From the sequence record MZ422438.1: a DNA stretch of 64,000 nt; one strand, written 5' to 3'. This document shows, in pieces, positions 63,170 to 64,000 of the stretch (position 1 is the stretch's first letter; each line of letters starts with the position of its first letter). Under the pieces are notes generated by a model. The model worked only from the letters and a program-made list of their open reading frames with translations. It made no database searches and was not told where the DNA came from. The position numbers and the translations under genes are program-made.

Positions 63170-64000
63170 TCAGAAAATATCAATAGCACTTACCCGATTT
63201 AATAATTCATTCCACTGAGCTTCAGTCGGAAATCCATTATCACCTTTTGCACCTTTAAGACTAGCTAACCATTCAGCTTCAGTTCCACTAAATCCAGATG
63301 CTTTTGCTAGGTCGTAAGCAGACTTACCGTTATCACCAGTGCTTCCTTTATCGCCTTTATCACCTTTTGCGCCTTTAATACTAGCTAACCATTGAGTTAA
63401 TGTACCGTTAAATCCATCAGCAACTGCTAAGTAGTAAGCAGACTTACCGTTATCACCATTATCACCTTTTGCGCCTTTAAGACTAGCTAACCATTCAGCT
63501 TCAGTTCCACTAAATCCAGCTAATTTTGCTAGTTCGTAAGCAGACTTACCGTTATCTCCAGTGCTTCCTTTATCGCCTTTTGCACCTTTAATACTAACTA
63601 ACCATTCGGCTTCAGTTCCACTAAAGCCGGCTAATTTTGCTAGTTCGTAAGCAGAATTACCGTTATCACCAGTGCTTCCTTTATCGCCTTTGTCGCCTTT
63701 TGCACCTTTAAGACTAGCTAACCATTCGGCTTCAGTTCCACTAAATCCATCTAATTTTGCTAGATCGTAAGCAGACTTACCCTCTTCACCATCAACTCCG
63801 GGATCACCCTTTGGTCCACGGTCACTATCGGAAACGGTATCATCTACGATATCTTCATTAGGTTTATGATAGTTAACTTGAGATATTTCATCAATATTAC
63901 TAATTACATTAGTAACTCTTCCCGCTTCAGAATACGTTAATACAAGTTCATCACGATCATATTTTAATGTACCACTACGTTTAATATCTTTTACTAGTAC
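63170..64000 (-). CDS. Collagen-like tail/whisker protein with 5 GKSAY repeats; 5' end outside the window
   Basis: Not in the ORF track. The frame is open from 64000 to TGA 63170, with repeats GKSAY[DE]LAK.GFSGTEAEWLASLKGAKGD separated by Gly-X-Y triplets. Confidence 0.85.
   Translation of the reverse strand, partial: VLVKDIKRSGTLKYDRDELVLTYSEAGRVTNVISNIDEISQVNYHKPNEDIVDDTVSDSDRGPKGDPGVDGEEGKSAYDLAKLDGFSGTEAEWLASLKGAKGDKGDKGSTGDNGNSAYELAKLAGFSGTEAEWLVSIKGAKGDKGSTGDNGKSAYELAKLAGFSGTEAEWLASLKGAKGDNGDNGKSAYYLAVADGFNGTLTQWLASIKGAKGDKGDKGSTGDNGKSAYDLAKASGFSGTEAEWLASLKGAKGDNGFPTEAQWNELLNRVSAIDIF

Noticed and set aside
1-64000. tRNA or rRNA genes
   Set aside because: No T-arm GTTCRANNC or cloverleaf signature and no rRNA-like GC-rich block was seen by eye; a tRNAscan-SE run would confirm.

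Overview
This is a very AT-rich window from a phiKZ/AR9(PBS1)-type jumbo myophage, probably infecting a Bacillota (Firmicutes) host (inferred from gene content). Structural modules sit at both ends: gp25-like and gp26-like baseplate genes on the left; large baseplate/tail genes, RusA, holin-like genes and a collagen-like repeat protein on the right. It also carries nucleotide/DNA metabolism genes (guanylate kinase-like, dCMP deaminase, RNase HI, DEDD exonuclease), a disrupted MoxR-type AAA ATPase/vWA pair, an Apyc1-like MBL hydrolase, a 3D-domain protein, and a multisubunit RNA polymerase beta' C-terminal subunit. Most of 11.5-50.8 kb is accessory minus-strand genes of unknown function. Four signals stand out. 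(1) A compact, ORF-less 691-nt group II intron with complete D5/D6 and EBS1/EBS2 matched to its exon splits the RNAP beta' trigger-loop motif SM|KAFH. (2) About 17 largely unrelated accessory proteins share a C-terminal helix ending in hydrophobic-x-[S/N/H]-I-stop, suggesting a common sorting or docking tag. (3) A tandem array of eight 22-aa Trp-repeat genes has hypervariable positions and shows sequence exchange between paralogues. (4) A 46-aa signal-peptide gene missing from the ORF track resembles a Phr/AimP-type propeptide. AR9-like late promoters (AACA-N6-TA) precede eight genes. Several apparent frameshifts are probably sequencing errors, since the window contains Ns and scattered single-base indels. 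All family assignments come from motif recognition by eye; no database search was run.
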